49,154 nucleotides of DNA. Origin: a virus (taxonomy: Duplodnaviria > Caudoviricetes). A model generated the notes under the pieces. The model was not told where the DNA came from and searched no databases. It saw nothing but the letters and a program-made list of their open reading frames with translations. Both the position numbers and the translations under genes were made by a program. Location: positions 1 through 49,154 of IMG/VR virus record IMGVR_UViG_3300005764_000024; one strand, 5' to 3'. This document shows, one piece after another, positions 44,240 through 49,154 of this stretch (positions are counted from its first letter, which is position 1; every line of letters starts with the position of its first letter).

Positions 44240-45660
44240 CCATCGCACCGCCCCCGATCCGCGCCTGGGCACACCAGACCGAGGCCGTGCAATTTGTTCA
44301 AAACCTGTGGAGACAGGGCCGCCGCGGCGCCATGCTGGCAATGGTGATGGGCGCCGGCAAGACCAAGGTGGCCATCGACCTGGCGGTAGCGCTCGGGGTC
44401 CGGCTGATCCTGATTCTTTGCCCTTTGCGGGTAGTGGAAGTCTGGCGCACGCAGTTCGAACGCTTCGCCCCGGGACAGTTCATCGTATTACCGCTCGATG
44501 ACGCCGCCGGCAGCGTGCGTGAGAAGACCCGCCTGGCACGCGACATGGTGGCCTGGAGCCGGGAGCGCAACCGGCCGGTGGTGATCGCGGTCAACTACGA
44601 AAGCGCGCGCACCGATCCATTCGCCCACTGGGCGCTGGCCAATGCCTGGGGCCTGACCATCCTGGATGAGAGCCACCGCATCAAGGAGCCGGCCGGCCGC
44701 ACCTCGCGCTGGTGCAGCAAACTCGGCCTGCGCTCGCATTATCGACTGTGCCTGACCGGGACGCCGATGCCGCACGCCCCGATCGACATCTGGGGCCAGT
44801 TCCACTTCCTCGATCCCAGCATCCTCGACCCCACCTTCGGCAGCTTCCGCCTGCGCTATGCAGTGATGGGCGGCTATCTCGGAAAACAGGCCATCAGCTG
44901 GCGCGACCTGGACGAGCTGTACGCCAAATTCCGTCGGATCGCCTTTCGCGTGGACGAGAGCGTGCTCGACCTGCCGCCCGAACTGGACGAGACCCTCACC
45001 ACCGAGATGGGCGCCACCGGCGCCCGCCTCTACCGCGAGATGGAAGAGGAGATGGTCGCCTGGATCGCTTCCAGCGAAGCGGCCGGCGTACCTGTGACCG
45101 CCGCCAACGCCATGGTGCGGCTGTTGCGGCTGCAGCAGATCACCGGCGGCAGCGTACCCGATGAGTTGGGCGAGGACCACCACGTCGACGACGCCAAAGA
45201 AGACCTGCTGGTCGATTTCCTGGAGGACCTACCCGAGAAGGAGCCGGTAGTGGTCTTCGCCCTCTTCAAGCCCGACCTGGCCGCGATTCACCGCGCCTGC
45301 CTGCGCACCGGCCGGTCCTCGGGCGAACTAAGTGGCAACCAGAAGCGCGCTGGCGACCTGGCCGAGTGGCAGGCCGGGCGCCTGGCCGTGCTGGCCACCC
45401 AGATCCAGGCCGGCAATGTGGGCATCGACCTGACCCGCGCACGCCTTGCGGTCTACTATTCGCTCGGCTTCTCGCTCGCCAACTACCTACAGAGTCGGGC
45501 GCGCATCCGCCGGCCGCCGCAGCAGCGGCCCTGCGCCTTTTACCACCTGCAGGTCCGCAATTCCGTTGACCAGTATGTTCTGCGCGCCGTACTCGCGCGC
45601 CAGGACCTGATTGCCAGCTGTCTAGAGGAGCTAAAGAAGCATGTCCACCGTACTGACTAA
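44236..45660 (+). CDS. SNF2-like superfamily 2 helicase
   Basis: MGAGKT (I), DESH (II), LTGTP (III), GIDL (V), QSRARIRR (VI). Confidence 0.9.
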   Translation: MTIAPPPIRAWAHQTEAVQFVQNLWRQGRRGAMLAMVMGAGKTKVAIDLAVALGVRLILILCPLRVVEVWRTQFERFAPGQFIVLPLDDAAGSVREKTRLARDMVAWSRERNRPVVIAVNYESARTDPFAHWALANAWGLTILDESHRIKEPAGRTSRWCSKLGLRSHYRLCLTGTPMPHAPIDIWGQFHFLDPSILDPTFGSFRLRYAVMGGYLGKQAISWRDLDELYAKFRRIAFRVDESVLDLPPELDETLTTEMGATGARLYREMEEEMVAWIASSEAAGVPVTAANAMVRLLRLQQITGGSVPDELGEDHHVDDAKEDLLVDFLEDLPEKEPVVVFALFKPDLAAIHRACLRTGRSSGELSGNQKRAGDLAEWQAGRLAVLATQIQAGNVGIDLTRARLAVYYSLGFSLANYLQSRARIRRPPQQRPCAFYHLQVRNSVDQYVLRAVLARQDLIASCLEELKKHVHRTD

Positions 45661-46099
45661 CCTGAGTGCCGAAACCCCGGAGCACGAGGGCTTCAAAGCC
45701 TTCGCCGGCCTGGTCACCCTCAAGCGCGAGCTGGAAGACCAGTTGAACGAAGTCGAGGCCCGCATCAAAGCGCTCGAACCGCAGCTGCTCGCTTACCTGG
45801 GCGAGGCCGGCTACGAAGCCGTGCGGGTGGCCGGCTACACGCTCTCGCCCCACCGCGATCCCTGGGTCTACCCGCAGCTCGGCCAGTCGCGCCAGGCGGT
45901 GTGCAACGTGCTTAAGGCCTGCGGCCTGGCGCATTTCGTCAGCGAACAGTACTCCACCAAGTCGCTCACCAAATACGTGCGCGACCTGGAAGTCGAGCAC
46001 TCGGTCCTGGGCGACGAGGTGCTGGAATTCCTGCCCGAGGGGCTCGCCAGAGTGATCCAGGTCCGACCGACCTACCGCATCCAGGCGCGCCGCCGCTAG
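45641..46099 (+). CDS. Coiled-coil replication-module protein
   Basis: N-terminal coiled coil LKRELEDQLNEVEARIKALE...; RBS GAGGAG; lies between helicase and SSB-like gene. Confidence 0.7.
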   Translation: MSTVLTNLSAETPEHEGFKAFAGLVTLKRELEDQLNEVEARIKALEPQLLAYLGEAGYEAVRVAGYTLSPHRDPWVYPQLGQSRQAVCNVLKACGLAHFVSEQYSTKSLTKYVRDLEVEHSVLGDEVLEFLPEGLARVIQVRPTYRIQARRR

Positions 46100-46129
46100 A
46101 AACCGAACCAGTCATGAAAGAGGTGAACT

Positions 46130-46930
46130 ATGTCCGAAATGGAAGTCCTTCCCCCCGACGGGGGTTATCCCCTGCTCGACAACTTCAACGAAGTCCTGAG
46201 CCTGATCGACGAGAACCTGGGCAAGCGGGGCTTCAGCATCCTGTCGCTGCCGCGCATCCGCGTTCCCTCAGGCGGCGGCCTCAACTTCCGGGTCGACACT
46301 GCAGCCGGCGAAGAGCTGCCCCGGCGCATCGAAGGCCTGATCACCAGCTGGCGCAGCGCGCGCCTCTACTGGAAGAGCCGCATGGTGCAGGGCAAGCCGC
46401 CCGACTGCACCTCGACCGACGGCTGGAAAGGAGTAGGCGACCCGGGCGGCAACTGCCAGGCACCCTGCCCGTTTTCACTCTTCGGCTCCTCCATCAACAT
46501 GGATGGCTCGCGCGGCAGCGGCCAGGCCTGCAAGGACATCCGCCAGGTGTTGTTTTTGATGCCTGGCGAGATTTTGCCGCATTTGCTTTCGATCCCTCCG
46601 ACCTCGGTCAAAGGCTTCGACAACTACACACTCACGCTACTCTCCGCGCGCGCCGCCTACTGGAGCGCCACCACGGTGATGACGCTAGAGAAGGTCAGAA
46701 ACGACTCAGGGATCGAATACAGCAGAATCCTGTTTCGCCTGGGCCGGCGCCTCCAACCCAACGAGAAGGAGATCTTCAAGCCCTATCACCTGCGCATGAA
46801 GGACATCCTGATCCCGGCGATCGTGGATGCCACCGCCTACGAAGTGGACGACCAGCCCCACGGCCTGGTGAGCGGCCCCCGCGATCGCGACGTTCCGCCG
46901 CCGCCCGACAACAGTGACATTCCTTTCTAG
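46130..46930 (+). CDS. Putative single-stranded DNA-binding protein
   Basis: LPRI.VPSGGG..F...R.YW...PPDC.S.DG..G...C..CP...FGS...G.ACK...P.LL..PPTS; acidic DIPF C-terminus typical of SSBs. Confidence 0.7.
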   Translation: MSEMEVLPPDGGYPLLDNFNEVLSLIDENLGKRGFSILSLPRIRVPSGGGLNFRVDTAAGEELPRRIEGLITSWRSARLYWKSRMVQGKPPDCTSTDGWKGVGDPGGNCQAPCPFSLFGSSINMDGSRGSGQACKDIRQVLFLMPGEILPHLLSIPPTSVKGFDNYTLTLLSARAAYWSATTVMTLEKVRNDSGIEYSRILFRLGRRLQPNEKEIFKPYHLRMKDILIPAIVDATAYEVDDQPHGLVSGPRDRDVPPPPDNSDIPF

Positions 46931-46939
46931 GAGCCGAGC

Positions 46940-48871
46940 GTGCAATTGACCGATGACGATTTCAGGACCTTAGAATCCTGTTACATCTCGCGGGAGATTG
47001 CCGAGAAGGCCGGCCTGGTGCGCGTCGATTCACTCGAAGGGCGCGACCGGGTCGGCCGCAAAGGCCCCGGTAATTACGCGGGTATACTCTACCCTTACCG
47101 CGATCCGCTCTCCGGCCAGGTGGTGGCCGAGCGCCTGCGCCTGGACTCGCCGCCGGTGGATGCCGCCACGGGCAAACCCGCACAAAAATACGTCAACGCC
47201 CCCGGCCAGCGCAATCACTTCTACTGCCCGCTGGCCGAGCGCGCCTGGTTCGGCGATCGGACCATCCCGATCCTGATCGTCGAAGGGGAAAAAAAGGGCC
47301 TGGCCAGCCACCGGGCCGCGGTCGAAGCCGGCAACGGCACCACCGGGGCGGCCTTCTTCGCGCTGGCCTTCGCCGGCGTCTACAGCTTCCGCGGGGTGAT
47401 CGGCATCACCACCGATCGCGACGGCCTGCGCATCCCGCTCAAGGGGATCATCCCCGACCTGGATAAGATCCAGTGGAAGGGCCGCAAGGTCTGGATCGCT
47501 TATGACTTTAACGTGCGCACCAACGATATGGTGCGCGCCGCCCGCGCCACGCTGGCCCGGGAGCTGGAACACCGCGGCGCCCAGGTCTGGTTCGTCGAGC
47601 TGCCGGATATGGCCGGCGTCAACGGGCCGGATGACTATCTGGCACAGGCCGGCCTGAAGGCCTTTCTGAACCTGCTGGAGCACGCCTACCGCTGGGACTG
47701 GCGCAACAGCCTGATCAAGAGCGACAAAGGCAAAATCCTGCCCCTGACCGCGAATGCCCTGACCGCGCTCAGGGAGGCGCCCGAGTGGCACGGGGTGGTG
47801 GGCTTCAACCGCTTCGCGCTGCGTGCCGAGGCCCTGCGGCCGCCCCCCTGGAATGGGGGCGAGCGCGGCAGCTGGAGCGACGAGAGCGACCTGTTGACTA
47901 CGGAATGGATGGAGCGGCACGGCATCTGCATCAGTGATTCGCGCATCTCGAAAGCCGTCCTGACGGTAGCCCATGAGAACGACTTTCACCCGGTGCATGA
48001 ATACCTGGGAAAGCTCGTGTGGGACAAAGTCGACCGCGTCAGCGACTGGCTTACCCCTTACTGCGGGGTCGATCCTAGCGACTACACGCGCGCCGTCGGC
48101 GTCTGCTGGCTGATCAGTGCGGTCGCCCGCATCTTCGAGCCTGGCTGCAAAGCCGACCACGCGCTGGTGCTCGAAGGCCCGCAGGGCCTGGGTAAGTCGA
48201 CCGTCTTCCAAATTCTGGGCGGCGAATTCTACTCCGACGATATTGCCGACCTGGGCACCAAAGACGCCGCCCTGGGCACCACCGGCGCCTGGATCATTGA
48301 GCTGGCCGAGCTGGCGGCCATGGGCCGCACCGAGATCGAAAAAATCAAAAGCTTCATCTCACGCACCACCGACCGCTTCCGGCCGCCCTACGGCCGGCAC
48401 CTGATCGAAGTTTCGCGGGCGTGCGTGTTCGCGGGCAGCGTCAACTTGAACCGTTATCTCAAAGACGAGACCGGCGGCCGGCGCTTCTGGCCAGTGGTCT
48501 GCGGCAATGTCCTGAACCTGGCCGCCCTGCGCCGCGATCGCGACCAGCTCTGGGCCGAGGCCGTGGTGCGCTACAACCAGAAGCAGCGCTGGTGGCTGGA
48601 CCAGATGTCCCTGATCCAGGCCGCGAGCCTGGAGCAGGAAGACCGCTACCAGAGCGATCCCTGGGAGAGCCTGATCGAGCGCTGGCTGCTCGGCCACGAC
48701 GAATGCACCACCGCGGACGTGCTGATCCAGGCGGTGCAGAAAGTCTCCGGCCAGTGGACGCGCGCCGACGAAATCCGCGTCGGCCTCATCCTGGGCCGCC
48801 TGGGCTGGGCGGTGGCGGGTCGGGCCGTCGGTACGCGCAAGCGGATTTACCGGGAGAAGACCCAAGCATGA
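46940..48871 (+). CDS. Primase-helicase: Toprim (DUF3854-like) fused to VapE-type helicase
   Basis: IVEGEKK and IAYD Toprim motifs; GPQGLGKS Walker A; WIIELAEL; FR.PYGR; YLKDETGGRRFWP; RDQLWAEA. Confidence 0.88.
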   Translation: MQLTDDDFRTLESCYISREIAEKAGLVRVDSLEGRDRVGRKGPGNYAGILYPYRDPLSGQVVAERLRLDSPPVDAATGKPAQKYVNAPGQRNHFYCPLAERAWFGDRTIPILIVEGEKKGLASHRAAVEAGNGTTGAAFFALAFAGVYSFRGVIGITTDRDGLRIPLKGIIPDLDKIQWKGRKVWIAYDFNVRTNDMVRAARATLARELEHRGAQVWFVELPDMAGVNGPDDYLAQAGLKAFLNLLEHAYRWDWRNSLIKSDKGKILPLTANALTALREAPEWHGVVGFNRFALRAEALRPPPWNGGERGSWSDESDLLTTEWMERHGICISDSRISKAVLTVAHENDFHPVHEYLGKLVWDKVDRVSDWLTPYCGVDPSDYTRAVGVCWLISAVARIFEPGCKADHALVLEGPQGLGKSTVFQILGGEFYSDDIADLGTKDAALGTTGAWIIELAELAAMGRTEIEKIKSFISRTTDRFRPPYGRHLIEVSRACVFAGSVNLNRYLKDETGGRRFWPVVCGNVLNLAALRRDRDQLWAEAVVRYNQKQRWWLDQMSLIQAASLEQEDRYQSDPWESLIERWLLGHDECTTADVLIQAVQKVSGQWTRADEIRVGLILGRLGWAVAGRAVGTRKRIYREKTQA

Positions 48872-49154
48872 GCGAGCAACAGGAAAACCTGGACCGGGTG
48901 CGCGAGCGCATCCATGGATCGGTCAAAGCATTCTGCCTGCCCTACGCCGGCACGCTCAAAACCTTTTACGCCGACCAGCTGCGCCGGCATGTGCGCCTGA
49001 CCGTGGGCGAGGTGGCGCCGGGCTCGCCCGATCGCATCCTGCGCGATCTCAGGCAGCGCCAGCAGCTCGACTATGTCGTGGTCTCGCGCAAAGAATCCCT
49101 GTATCGGGTTCTGTGGGTAGGACACCCTCCAGAATCCAACGGAGATAAAAAAAA
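48868..49154 (+). CDS. Hypothetical protein, possibly winged helix (truncated by window end)
   Basis: ATGA-coupled to the primase; open to the end of the window: MSEQQENLDRVRERI...APGSPDRILRDLRQ...LDY.V.SR..SLY.V. Confidence 0.6.
   Translation, partial: MSEQQENLDRVRERIHGSVKAFCLPYAGTLKTFYADQLRRHVRLTVGEVAPGSPDRILRDLRQRQQLDYVVVSRKESLYRVLWVGHPPESNGDKK

Larger units (their letters stand above)
1..49154. mobile_element. Temperate podovirus-like bacteriophage genome segment (free or excised form, attP intact)
   Basis: Portal, MCP, scaffold, adaptors, nozzle, fibres, ejection proteins, integrase and primase-helicase all present. No tape measure, tail tube or sheath gene and no housekeeping genes. 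Phage genes lie on both sides of the att core. Confidence 0.93.

Noticed and set aside
1-49154. CRISPR array, rRNA, IS element, terminase, endolysin
   Set aside because: No repeat-spacer periodicity, rRNA, transposase, terminase ATPase-nuclease or free endolysin motifs were found.

Overview
The whole window reads as part of one GC-rich temperate, podovirus-like tailed phage genome; no host chromosomal genes are recognisable. It contains a portal (+), a Mu gpT-like major capsid protein, a scaffold, a GroES-like co-chaperonin, two head-tail adaptors, a nozzle, three fibre genes (two with S74 chaperone tails, one of these collagen-bearing), three large ejection proteins (one with a lytic transglycosylase), a tyrosine integrase beside an intact attP-like site (tRNA-Ser 3' end, arm repeats, IHF box), two excisionase-like genes, an Acb2/Tad1-like gene and a replication block (SNF2 helicase, SSB-like protein, Toprim-VapE primase-helicase). 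No terminase or endolysin is visible, so the genome probably extends beyond the window. Most notable: (1) a [FMYKLG]-x-x-G-G-x-[VIAL]-like peptide motif repeated about 19 times, concentrated in six predicted internal-virion proteins and often at domain boundaries, with a candidate cognate 'SDGEYV' domain, suggesting a capsid-cargo targeting or processing system; (2) an AT-rich 15-8-15 palindrome family (ATACGAA half-site) at most promoters; (3) three promoter-to-terminator units of about 65-95 nt that look like small RNAs; (4) a scrambled, multi-strand structural gene layout. Family assignments come from motif recognition and memory, not database searches.
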